A stretch of DNA of 64,000 nt from Psammoneis japonica (lineage: Eukaryota), in contig QPGO01000011.1 in the NCBI GenBank assembly GCA_008632985.1, positions 558,001-622,000 of the forward strand, read 5' to 3'. A program made the position numbers and the translations under genes. Positions 25,456 through 36,800 of the stretch are shown piece by piece. Below the pieces are notes generated by a model, which made no database searches, was not told the origin of the DNA, and saw only the letters and a list, made by a program, of their open reading frames with translations. Position 1 is the first letter of the stretch. Every line of letters starts with the position of its first letter.

Positions 25456-25592
25456 GACCATTTGCAAAAAAAACGTCTGTGATGCACCCGACAGACAGAC
25501 TGCCGTTGTCAAAACATCACATGGGACCATTTACGAAAAAAACACCCGTGGTGCCCACAACAGATGGACTGCCATTGGCAACACACATTTGG
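25456..25592. repeat. Two imperfect 69-bp tandem repeats inside the TIR element
   Basis: Units start gaccattt at 25456 and 25525. Confidence 0.8.
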
Positions 25593-26089
25593 CGAGAAAG
25601 CCGTTTTCATTGCAAAGCAATGGGTGCAGACTTTCGCTGCATTGGGTCTGTTCCACTCAGAGAAAAAGACCAGGTGCCATTTGATTTGGCAGAACAGGCA
25701 ACTTCAGAGAATGGCACGGAAGTGTTCTGTGAACGGATGCCGGAAATTTGCCCGTTGGCCAATGACGTCATGCCAGAAACATGGCAAGTTGCTGGCACGC
25801 CCGGGCGAAATGAAATCTCATGTCGTCAAGAGCAAGAAGGTGGGGTCCAAAGAAAGAGAGCACCAGGAAAGAAAAAAAGGCTGCTTGCAAAAATTCAAAA
25901 CACCACCACCCCTGCTCAACAAGACAACAACGCTTGCAAACAAGGCACCAAGTGGGAAGGGAGAAAAGGAATGACACTGTTTTGTCGGTGAGTTCGCCAT
26001 CAACAAAAAGGAAAAGGCGGAAGGTGTTGGGTTGGCAGAAAAAATGTTGGAGCCCAATTCCTGGCTTTCCCCTGGCAGGTGATTTAAGC

Positions 26090-26570
26090 AGAAAGACATC
26101 CCGGCACACAGCAGCAAACGCTCCTGCTTCAAGTTCAAGATCCAACTTCTGGTCAAAGGGGGAAATTCATTGCGATTGCGTGGAAACAAAATCATCACCT
26201 GGTGACAAAATTTTCACCATGTTTCTGTTCCTTGATGACACGACGGAGCATGATGGTGCAGTGGAGATGTGGCCGGACAGTTGTGAGGCAACATTGAATG
26301 AGAAGGAACTCAAAAAGACAATTGGTCAGGTTGGGTTTGGAAAAACAATTGCTGGTTGGAGAAGCAGGCACTGCATTTGTTTTTGATGCAAGAATGTTGC
26401 ACCGAGCTTTGCCCAACAAAATGAATTCGGATCGAAGGAACATGGCATGTCCAGTCCACAATTTCGACATGGCAAGCATGCGAACATGGCAAGCGTGTGA
26501 ACAAGCATGTGTTGGAATGCAAAACCAGCGAAGCAGTGAGTTGACATGGGCACAAAGTGGGTTTGTGTAA
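26090..26570 (+). pseudogene. Element-borne PhyH-type 2OG-Fe(II) dioxygenase, frameshifted and mutated
   Basis: GEIHCD (HxD)..IFTMFLFLDDTTEHDGAVEMWPDS in ORF 25820..26386 continues after a frameshift as GEAGTAFVFDARMLHRALPNKMNSDRR in ORF 26298..26570; same motif layout as the host PhyH gene at 4761. Confidence 0.75.
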
Positions 26571-26638
26571 AGGGCCAATTGACAATGCATTGCTTGCACA
26601 GACGACAGTTACATCACAAACAAAGTGAAATTGCAAAG

Positions 26639-27604
26639 TCACCCTCTTTTGGCAGGCTTGAATTTGCGTTTGATGTCAGACCCCAGGTCGTTCCTAGTGG
26701 AATGCCCAGTCTCCACGGCATCATCTCTTTTCTTGGTGTGCTTGTGAAGTGGGTGCCTGTCGACACTGCCTCCCCATGACAGATCGTCTGGACAGGCAGG
26801 AACAAAGAATGCTTCGTGCCTCCATTTGTGCATGTGAACACAAAACATCATGTCCAGTGAAATGACAATGGCACCTTCAGGACACTCGTTGGACAGCATC
26901 TCCTCGAGTTGGTTCTGTGTCGCATTGTTGTCAAAAAGCATTCGCCCATTGCAGTTGTTGAAGAAAATCTTTAAGTTGTTCAGACGGCACAACCGACGAA
27001 CAGCATCGTCTTTGGAGAGGAAGTCCTGATTGATCAGGGTCGGGAAGCGACTGGCATTGTTGTGCCATGTGGCATCACACCACTGAGAGCCAAGATCATG
27101 ACGGGGATGGTGGAACTCAATGCTGTGGGCATTGCAGGCAGGAACAAGCAGACGACAGGCAATCACAAAACCGCCAACACCACCACCAACGTCGAGGAAA
27201 TTAAAACGGCTTCGAATTTGTGCCGCAAAGAGAGAGGGGTTACAAACAACCTTGGTGGAGAAGGCAAAGCTTGCCGCACCACCGTGTGATTCCACACCAC
27301 CACCAGCAAAACGACCAATTTGATCATCAATTGGCGGCATGTGATTGCAACAGAGGGAACACACGCTCCTGTGACGGGAACGACTCACAACAACCATGTC
27401 TTGGTGACAATGACACACTTCAGTGGACATTAAAGTGGATTGGAAAATTTGGGCAACAGAGAGAGCAACTGGACAAACATGGCATCGGGGAAGCAGAGGG
27501 AATGACCCATTGAGACAGGGACAAGAAATGGGATGTTTGACACGACTTGACACACCAAAGGAAGCAGATGTTGCATCAATGAGGAAGCGCAATGCATGCA
27601 CCAA
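26639..27604 (-). pseudogene. Element-borne class I SAM-dependent methyltransferase, DOT1 (H3K79)-like
   Basis: FLDVGGGVG (motif I), SIE..R, QDFL, IFFNN and PEGAIVISL appear in DOT1 order (DLGSGVG, GIE, DF, IFVNN, GxRI[V/I]S); no Tyr in 321 aa. Confidence 0.65.
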
Positions 27605-27916
27605 TTAAGGAGATACAACACATTGTTTGGCATTGATTTGAATGACATGGCAATCTTCATTGGTGCATTGGATTGGCTAAAAAAGGTGCACAATTCAAAA
27701 CAGCAAAACGTTGATAGAAATGCAAACATGGGGTTGGGAATGAGAACTCAAAAATGACACAAAGACCTGTTTGAATCAAGAGAGGACACGCGAGCAATGA
27801 CAAAACCGAGAAAATCACATGCAAAAGTGCGTTCTTTTTGCAACTTACCTTTCATAAAGCGACAGGAAAGGATGGAAGTTCCAAAAAAGAGGAAGCCATT
27901 GGGAAGGTAAAAAAAA

Positions 27917-29211
27917 ATGGAGGATGCGGTTCTCACAGGAGCGACGGAGGGAGGAAGTGTGACTTCCAGTGGCAAGTGAGATTGAGAAAGGACATGACAA
28001 AGAATTGCTGATGAACTGACACAATTGTTGGATTGATCTGTGTGGTGTCACATGAAGTCACCATGAGTCCTGCGGTGGTGGCCTTGTTGCATGCACAAAG
28101 AAATGAACATGGGGAATTGAACAGATTCCAGCATGCAGGTGGCGACTCAATTTCAGTGGTGACTCCCACAGAGGGATGTCTTGTGTTGGATCGTGCACCG
28201 GCAGTGAGCAAGAAATTGATGGCATCGATGTTGACTGAGGTTGTCAATGAGAGTGTTTGGCCATGTCGCAAGTTCACAATCTTCGATCATGAACTCACCG
28301 TGGGAGGAGCTTGCATGAAATTGGTTCTGCAGGAGCCAAGGAGCATGGTGTCTTCACTGGAGAAGTTCTGGGAAGAATGCAAAGAGGTGTTCAGGACCAA
28401 ACTCAACCGAAAGAGGAATGATGTGCAGGACAACATTGGGAGGAGAATGACAGGTGAGCAGATGTGTGCGTGCCAGTGATTGTGTTGGAGGCGATTGTCC
28501 AACGGGATGAGTGTCTCTTCCTTTGCCATTGTCTGTGCAGTTGCTGCTTTAGAGGGATCACTGGTGGCTTACGAAGACTTGACAAAGGAAAGAAATGAGA
28601 AGGACACATGCGTGTGGTTCTTGGAAACTGTGGCGCCGACGGTGGTGGGACAAGCGCAGTTTGGTGGAAGCACAACCGACATGCTTCAGGAATGGCTTTC
28701 AGTTTCGTCGGAGGTGTTTGCTCTGCCAGTGTGCTTGAACTGCTGCAACAAGGTGAAGGACACGGCAGAGAAATTGGAAAAGGAAGAAAACATTGCAAGG
28801 AGAAGAAAGCCAACTGTGAAAGATGCTGCTCCTGCAAAGCACACAGCACAGGCAGCGGGGGAATCAGCAAAGAGGAACCAAGGATGGAGCAAGGAGGGGA
28901 TCGAGAAGTGCAATGATCTGCATCAGTGGGTGGTGAAAGACAGAGAGAACAACCAGGGATTCGGTGCATGGTTCAAGGAGAGAAGGCGAGAGAAGACAAA
29001 CTTGTCTCAGGAGGAAAACAAGAAACGCAAGAGAGAGGAAAAAAGAAAGGAGAGAGAGGAAGGATGGGCGGCGCCAATGGGAGAGGACCTGCCATTGCAG
29101 GCGGTGGCTGCAGGCAACGGAGCGGCAGCAAATGCTGCAATGGCCACCAACCAAACTGGTGTGCAAACTCAATTTGAGACAAACAATGATGTCTGGACAA
29201 GTGAAAATTAA
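27917..29211 (+). pseudogene. Element-borne hypothetical protein resembling accessory ORFs of diatom DNA transposons
   Basis: ORFs 28033..28479 and 28480..29211 are joinable through an intron-like GTGAGCA...TGTGCAG; motifs LSVSSEVFAL and GWSKEGIEKCNDLHQWVVKDRE, with C/H where Tyr is expected. Family recall unverified. Confidence 0.5.
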
Positions 29212-30047
29212 AAAAAACATTCTGCGACATGGTTCAGATGCAACAACGTGTGGCAATTGGGAGTTGGATTTGAAAACGGCGCAGCAATGAGATAAAATGT
29301 AGGACGAGTTAGTGGAAAAGGAGGGTGGATTGCAAGCAGCAACATTTGTGTCAAAAGAACGAGAAACCCCAAATGTCAATTGGGGTGCAGGTCTGCATTG
29401 TGTGAAAGGAATGATCGCGCTTAAAAGTGAGAAGCGATTTGGGTTTTAGAAGCTTATAAACTCATGCAGTTCTCATGTCACATTCAAGGAGAGAATTGGC
29501 TCATGAGTTGACAAAAATCTGGCATTGAAGTCAAGAAATGCCCAGATTGTGGCAGACGGTCAGACCCAGATCATTGGCGTCCCAGATGCAGATGTGCCTC
29601 TTTTGAAATGGAGGCAACGGCATTCAAGCTCTCTGTTGATTTTTTGTTGAAACAATCAGGAGGCACGTGGCATTCACCCTACAGCAGCCTAAACGGCTCG
29701 CAGTGAGCGAGAACTCAACGGACACATAGGACACAAGCGAATTTGCTTCACATATTTTAATTGATGGATGCATAGATAAATGTTGGTGATTATATTGAAT
29801 GTCCATTTTCAATATCCCGCATTTTGGATTTTGAGAGAAGCCTTGAATTCTCGTCACAAAATCACAGCGATCGCACAATCTTTTGGCGGTTTCTGGGTTC
29901 TCTTTTGTTACTCTAGCTAGGGCCATACCCTCTTGGTTGTACCGATACCTTTTAGCTCTGTCAATAGCTGTCTCATCAGTGAGTATAGCATCCAGATTCA
30001 TTGTTACCCGCGACAAGCAAAGGCCTTGTTTTCCAGCACCGCTGCTC

Positions 30048-31874
30048 ATGTACGTCGTGCAGATGACTTCTCGCTACGTTTACGCGCTTGCTTTCCTTCT
30101 CGCCTTGGTACTTGTGTTGCTTGCTTTCGACGGGGTGTTTCCCCCCGCCGTTTCCGTCAAGCTTCGAACCCGGTCGCGTGAGACGCGTCGATCTCTTCAA
30201 GGATGTCAGGATAGTCCATCAAGGAAACTGATTTCTGAAGCGGGTTTCGTATCCTGTCACGCTTTCTCGCAGCTCCCGGCTTCCACAATAGCAAAAACCT
30301 GCGAATCCCAGGCTCAAGCCCTCCAGAGTTGTCCCAGAACGTGCGGTGTGTGCGACCGCGTCCTATCGTCGGTTCCAAACGATTCACTTGGAACATGGGG
30401 CGAAAAGTTCGACATGGAAATCATCCCAATTCACGTAATGATTCTACCCGATGGAAAAGTACTTTCGTTTGGGGCCAACAAGGCAGGAAGCAGCAGGAAT
30501 CCCGAAAATTATTATGAAATCTGGGACACAACCACGGGCGAACATGCGCTTGGAGTCAATCACGTCCGGTACTCACACGAAACAGAAGTCAATATCTTTT
30601 GCTCGACGCTGTCCATTGATGTGACAACAGGCAATGTTCTGATCATTGGTGGCACTGGAGACATTATCAACGTTGTCGGTAGTGAGTTTGAATCCAATGG
30701 CTCAAACGGAGTTTTGGAGTTTGATGTCACAACGTACGAGATGCGAAAACACCCCCTGGGGGACATGCGGTATGCGCGTTGGTACGCCACCAGTATCAAC
30801 ATGCCAGATGGACAGATCTTTGTTGCGGGTGGAAAAGACGAGCGACTCCTTCCATTCGCTAGTTCCATCCCTGAAATCTGGAATCCCACAACGGGGTGGC
30901 GCATTTTGTCGGATGCGGATGTTCCTGCCATGAAATCAATGCTCTCATATTTTCTCTTTGGACAGACTGCATGGTGGTATCCTCATGTGTTTGTCAACTC
31001 AAGCGGGGACATCTTTCTCATGATTGCCGACAAGATTAATGCCGACGTGTACTGCGTAGGCGTGGAAGGACTTGGATCGATTAAAAGGGTGGCAACCCGA
31101 CCATTCGACTCTCACAAACTTGGACCGTCCATAATGTACGATGTGGATCAGGTTGTTGTGTTGGACATGTATGCCAATCTCTGGACTGTGGATATTTTTG
31201 ATGCATCCCAGCCGGTTTTTACAAAAAGGGCGCGTCTCTCCAAAAAACGAATCAATCCCACCATGTACCTCCTGCCGGATGGTCGCGTCATGATCAACGG
31301 TGGCTCAGAAGAGGAGACTCATGACGATGTGGGCTCCACTGAATTTTCATTAGAACGGGCCGTGCGCTTCGTTGAAATATGGGATCCGGTTGAAGACACG
31401 GTGTTTAAGGGACCAGAACAAGAAACAGCGCGCCTCTACCATTCATCTGGTCTCATCCTGCCCGATGGGAAAATATTTTCGGCGGGCGGAGGAGCACCAG
31501 GCCCCATACAGAATTCGAATGGACAGATGTACTATCCCGGCTTCTTGTATGATCCCGAAACTGGCGAAGAGGCATCACGTCCTCTGATTGAAACATGGCC
31601 CGAGACAATTCTAGCTGGCGACACATTCATCATCACTGTCGCTGATCCGTCAGTTATTGCCAAGGTGACTGCCACGAAGCCTGGTTCGATGACGCACGCA
31701 CGTAATGCCGACGCTCGGTGGCTCAATCTAGACTTCCAGATTGATGGAACGAGCATCACTGTGTCCACTCCTGGTCCGAACATCATGATCGTTGGTGTAT
31801 GGTATTTGAACGTGATCGACACCAGTGGAGTTCCATCTCCTGCACGTCTCTTTATGGTACCCCTACCGGAATAA
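30048..31874 (+). CDS. Copper radical oxidase (galactose/glyoxal oxidase, CAZy AA5-like) with kelch repeats and C-terminal DUF1929-like domain
   Basis: N-terminal hydrophobic anchor; NIFCS (Cys), ARWYAT, WWYP (Tyr), RLYHSS (Tyr-His) and GSMTHA (His). Start at 30048 or 30063. Confidence 0.88.
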   Translation: MYVVQMTSRYVYALAFLLALVLVLLAFDGVFPPAVSVKLRTRSRETRRSLQGCQDSPSRKLISEAGFVSCHAFSQLPASTIAKTCESQAQALQSCPRTCGVCDRVLSSVPNDSLGTWGEKFDMEIIPIHVMILPDGKVLSFGANKAGSSRNPENYYEIWDTTTGEHALGVNHVRYSHETEVNIFCSTLSIDVTTGNVLIIGGTGDIINVVGSEFESNGSNGVLEFDVTTYEMRKHPLGDMRYARWYATSINMPDGQIFVAGGKDERLLPFASSIPEIWNPTTGWRILSDADVPAMKSMLSYFLFGQTAWWYPHVFVNSSGDIFLMIADKINADVYCVGVEGLGSIKRVATRPFDSHKLGPSIMYDVDQVVVLDMYANLWTVDIFDASQPVFTKRARLSKKRINPTMYLLPDGRVMINGGSEEETHDDVGSTEFSLERAVRFVEIWDPVEDTVFKGPEQETARLYHSSGLILPDGKIFSAGGGAPGPIQNSNGQMYYPGFLYDPETGEEASRPLIETWPETILAGDTFIITVADPSVIAKVTATKPGSMTHARNADARWLNLDFQIDGTSITVSTPGPNIMIVGVWYLNVIDTSGVPSPARLFMVPLPE

Positions 31875-32226
31875 GCCAGAAGCTAGCTGGATGAAAAATA
31901 GAACAGTAGAGATACTTTATAATAAGCCGACTTGTTGGTTATTAACTTGGGACCTATTCATAGTCATGAAAAGCTAGCGTAGTCGTCATGAGCTGTACCT
32001 GGTACGGCCGTCTTCAGGTTTGCTCTGCTCCGCCTGTGAGCTATTGGAAGATTGGTGTATTCGCCAACAAAGACAAGCTTGTGAGTATTCACAGCTGTGT
32101 CATCACCGTGACTACGCGGTTCATTCTTTTGTCGACCCCAGCCTGCAGCTTTCTCTAGCTACAGTATGTGTCCATCTTCAAATCTACCTCGTCTAACGTG
32201 CGGGAGCCGTGCAAGACAACAAAGCT

Positions 32227-33015
32227 CTACCATTTAGGCTGACGCTTGTCTAAGAATGCATCTATTCCCTCAATACAATCTTCTGTCAAAGCATGTTCGC
32301 ACATTGCCTGTGATGCAATTGAATAGGCGTCATCTAACGATGGCTCTTCCATTTGTCTTGCAAAGACGGACTTTCCCCTAGATATAGCTGACTGAGACTT
32401 GCTTGCAATGGTATCCGCTACATGATCAACGATACTGTCGAGTTCTTGCTCGGAAACGGCGCGGTTTATTAAACCAATGTCCTGTGCATGTCGAGCCGAA
32501 ATTGGATTCCCCGTAAGCAACATTTCCATGACGTGCTTGCGTGACGACACGCTTCGCCCCACTGCAACCGCAGGCGTCGAACAAAACAATCCCAGATTGA
32601 CACCAGGAGTTGCAAACTTTGATCTTGTCGATGCATACGCCAAGTCACACGACGCTACCAATTGACAACCTGCCGCTGTAGCAACGCCATCTACCTTTGC
32701 AACAACCGGAGTGTTTGACTTAACTATTGACATCATGGTTTGACTGCATACATCAAACAAGTGCTGTAAGGACTTTCCTCCCTCTTTTTGGTACTGTCGT
32801 ATTTCGTTCAAATCATGTCCCGAAGAAAAGACGGGACTCTCCGCTTGAAGGACAATTACGCAAACACATGGATCCGACTCGAATCGAGAAAGGCCACGCT
32901 GCAGCTGTTGCAACATTTCAAGCGAAAGGGCATTTCGATTTTTCGGACTATTGAGTTCCAAAACTCCAACATTTGAGTTTCGAATCCAGAGTTTCAACAG
33001 TGTCTTTGAAGCCAT
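32227..33015 (-). CDS. Enoyl-CoA hydratase/crotonase family (ECHDC3-like)
   Basis: LNSPKNRNALS, FSSGHDL, AKVDGVATAAGCQLVASCDLA, FATPGVNLGLFCSTP and EGIDAFLDKRQPKW. Confidence 0.92.
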   Translation of the reverse strand: MASKTLLKLWIRNSNVGVLELNSPKNRNALSLEMLQQLQRGLSRFESDPCVCVIVLQAESPVFSSGHDLNEIRQYQKEGGKSLQHLFDVCSQTMMSIVKSNTPVVAKVDGVATAAGCQLVASCDLAYASTRSKFATPGVNLGLFCSTPAVAVGRSVSSRKHVMEMLLTGNPISARHAQDIGLINRAVSEQELDSIVDHVADTIASKSQSAISRGKSVFARQMEEPSLDDAYSIASQAMCEHALTEDCIEGIDAFLDKRQPKW

Positions 33016-33825
33016 GGTCAATGCCGATTGACGATGATAGATGTATAGATGTGAATAAACAAAAATTGAAAATTGAAAATTGAAAATCCAAAATGTTCGA
33101 GATACAGTACGAACGGGTTACAGCCAGACGGACAACACGCCACAACCAGTCTGTCCGTGCTCAGACACAAATCTTCTACGTAGAAGCAATACTATTTTTC
33201 TCGTAGAAATTCTCATGGTCGCGTTCGCCGTCAAAGGCTCGCCGCTCTCCGTCGCATGCAACGGAAGCAAACAGGCTTTCACGCCATGACGCAAAAAATG
33301 TCTTACGTGAGGCTTGGTACGAAATCAACGAGACCCAGCTTCGCATGCGCAAATGCCTGGCGAAATCGTTCACTTTCGACACCGTCAGCGATGCAACACA
33401 GCCCCACTACTCTTGCTACTCGTTCTCCCTCGGATAGACTCCCTCCAGAAAGCACGGTAGAGACGTGGTGAAAGGTAAGAATGAACGAGAGAAAAGGAGA
33501 AAACTGAAATCGACATGATGAATTATGTGCGGTCGGAGGGCGTCGAGACAGTCACCATGACGAACCGAAGACCGTGCGTACGCTTCTTTCGTACTCTGCA
33601 GCATTTGATATGAAACGTACATACTGTATTGGAGGGAAGATTGCTTGACGTCCAATGCTGAGTGTTTTCTACAGAACAAAATGCTCTCTGTTGCATCAGT
33701 CGGCCTGAAAGATATAATTTCTGATACCCTCTCACGATTCGCTTGTATTCTCTTCTCCTTTCCCTATTGATAGTTCGTGCGTAAGAATCTCCGTGCGTCC
33801 GTCTTGAAAGCGACCGTGATTTCGC

Positions 33826-36800
33826 ATGGATCCGAACAACCGCTCTTCCTCGTCCAATGATCGAGGCAAAGTTCCGCTTCCAATGAATGCTGCAATTCCT
33901 CGGAGAGTACCGCCCAGCCAGCCAGCTCGGTCACCCCCTGCTGCTAGCCAAAACCCTCCACCTATGAATGCTGCGATTCCAAGGAGAGTATCACATCAGG
34001 CGCCTCCACCACCCTCCTTCGTCTTATGCTCAACACCGCCCAATGCCGCCTCAGCAGCACCGTCCACATCCATATGCGCACCAATCCAGGCACCTCCCGC
34101 CTACTCATGGATATCATAATCCACCGCCTCAGCAACCTTCAAGGGCACCAGCTAGACTTCCACCGGTACAGCCTCCGCCAGGCTCATCCAGGAAGGGCAG
34201 TATTCCCCGAAAGTCCAATGCCTCCCGGGCTCCTTCACTGCCGCTTTCGCGCAAGGCAAAAGAGAAGAAATCTCACATTACAATGATTAGCGAACGTCCA
34301 GTGGTGATTCGAATTAAGATGGCAGGGATTCCTCTTGATGGCGAAGGCATTCCACGACTTCGATCGTCTGGACGCGCTACCAAACGAAAGCGCCAGACCT
34401 ACGAAGAGATGGACCTTACCGACTCGGACGATTTCATGTCCGAGGACGAAACTCATGAGGAAGAACGGAAGCGGTTGAAAAAGGCAAAGGCCAGAAAGTC
34501 TTCAATGTCACCGCCCACATCGGAAGGGCTCATGTCCACCACCACGGCAGGCACCGATGTGGATGTCTTGACGACTGACCAAATGTATGGTTCCGCGCCC
34601 GTTCTGGCTGCAGACGGCATTGAAGCTCCTCCGCCAGGCGTTTTGTCAAACCTTTGGTATTCTCGTGAATGCGTCCTTCATTTGTTTGTGGTTGACAAGA
34701 TTCTGGGTTGGAAGACGCGTCCTATAGTCAAACTTAACTTTTCCGAAGAAGCGGGTATCAAATTCTTGGACCCGGCAGAAGCCAATACTATCAGTACCAA
34801 GGCACTGACGACTCAAGATATTTGGAAGAATTCTCATAAACGCATGGAGATATCAAGGACTAACCCTACGCAATGTCCCGTGGTCCTGCCCATTGCTGCA
34901 GCGAGGGAAGCGGCAGCGTCCAAGAAACGCGGCCCTGAGGAGAACCAAACCCCGCGATACACACTTGCACCAAGCAAGGAGAACGAACGGGAGGAAGTGC
35001 TGTTGGTCAAGTGGAGAGGACGATCATATCTTCACTGCTCATGGGAACGTCGAAGAGATTTGGAAAAGTTTGATCCTTCCAACAGCACGGCCCGGCACAA
35101 AATTCGTCGGTACCTACAAAACCAAGAGATCGCCTTGGGACCGGACTGGAAGAAAGCCTTGGAGGTGTCACGCTCTTCTATCCCTGATCTTCATCCTCAT
35201 CAGCCTACCGACCCGAACTCAGCTGATGACCTTCAAAAGCCTGAAGCAGCTTCCCTTGACGTCGTTGAGGAAGAAGAGTTATTTTCTCCAGAATACTTGG
35301 AGGTCGAGCGGATTTTAGCTTGCGATGAAAATGAAATGGATGGCAAGGTACTGTCACGTCAACGCGCGCTCAACATCAAAGCAGAACAGGATGCGCAGCT
35401 TCAAAGGGAGGAAGAGGAAGCGAAGGAAGCACTACTCCTTGTATCCCAACCTCCGGGTAGTAGGGACGATACGAAGCCGCCTGCGTTGAATCCAGGCGCC
35501 ACTGACAAGACCAACCCTACTCTGACCGCTCTTTCTTCCTTTATAGAGAACGAGAAAGAAGAACCGTGGGATCCTGAAGACAACGTTCGTTATGTTGTCA
35601 AGTGGAAGGGTCTTCAGTATTCAGAGTTGACGTGGGAATACTGGAGAGACATAAAGCGTGATGCCGTAGACCAAGCAGAAGACTTTTGGGGTCGACAGCG
35701 TGCGCCTGAGTGGGAGACGATTAAACGCGTTGTAAATAGGCCGCATCCGCACATTCGTGATTTCAAGAAGCTTACCGAATCTCCCAAGTATGGCATTTCG
35801 AAGCGAACCAGGCCCGTTGCTGATTTGGATGGCGTCTCGGTAACGCCAGAGGAAGAGGAAAATGACAAGGAGGTTGATGCCGGGTTCCGCCTTCGAAGCT
35901 ACCAGCTCGAGGGAGTCAACTGGTTGTTGTTTAATTGGTGGAATCGGCGCTCTTGCATCCTTGCGGATGAAATGGGTGAGTCGTCGTCCTTTGTTGTATC
36001 CTTTACATCTTTGCTATGTGGTTTCTGAATCTCACCCTCATTATTTAATGTTTTTTAGGGCTCGGAAAGACCATCCAGACGGTGGGATTTCTTCATCAGC
36101 TTCATGAGCTACCTGCCTCGAACGTCCGGGGGCCGTTTCTTATCGTCGCGCCACTGTCCCTTATTGGGCAATGGCAATCTGAAAGTCAAATGTGGGCTCC
36201 TGATATGAACGTTGTATTCTACCATGGCTCGGCGGATGCCAGAGACTTTTTTGGCAAAGCAGGAATTTTACTACACCGATCAGTTTACTTCCAAGCAGAA
36301 TGCTATGAAGCTGAGAAAGCAGCACGTGACCAAGTTCCACATTCTCATCACTACGTATGAGGTCGTCTTGAAAGATGTTGCAGTTTTATCGAAGATCAGG
36401 TGGAAGGCGTTAGTCGTGGATGAAGCGCACAGACTCAGGAACCCCAAGGCAAGACTTTTCGAAGAGCTGGCGTCAGTCCCTCGGGAGTTTTGCCTTTTGT
36501 TGACTGGAACTCCATTGCAGAACTCAACCGAAGAGCTATGGGCGCTTTTACACTTCTCAGATCCCGTCGCTTTCGCATCAAAGGACGCTTTCGTGGAGAA
36601 GTTTGGCCAGCTTACAGATTCGAAGCAGGTCAGCGATCTCCACTCGGTCCTTAGGCCTTATCTGCTAAGGAGAGTAAAGGAAGACGTCGAAAAGTCGTTG
36701 CCGCCAAAGGAAGAAACGATTGTCGAGGTGGCGCTAACCCCTATCCAGAAAACGTTCTACAAAGCGATCTACGAGCGCAACACTGCGTTCTTGTATAAGG

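Larger units (their letters stand above)
23082..29588. mobile_element. 6.5-kb DNA transposon derivative with 25-bp TIRs and multi-gene cargo (possibly Plavaka/CACTA-like); no transposase recognised
   Basis: Left 23082-23106 catctgggacaccaacaatccaggt vs reverse complement of 29564-29588 catctgggacgccaatgatctgggt (20/25). CA directly flanks both ends, and both share subterminal atttcttga. Superfamily is inferred. Confidence 0.8.
20290..29700. mobile_element. Block B: hypermutated repeat-derived DNA containing a nested TIR element
   Basis: Same TA/CG depletion as blocks A, C and D; 20.3-23.08 kb is unidentifiable, 23.08-29.59 kb is TIR-bounded. Confidence 0.75.

Noticed and set aside
33058..33200. 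(AAATTG)n run and TTCTACGTAGAA palindrome between the hydratase and CHD genes
   Set aside because: Plausible promoter elements, but too short to support a specific call.
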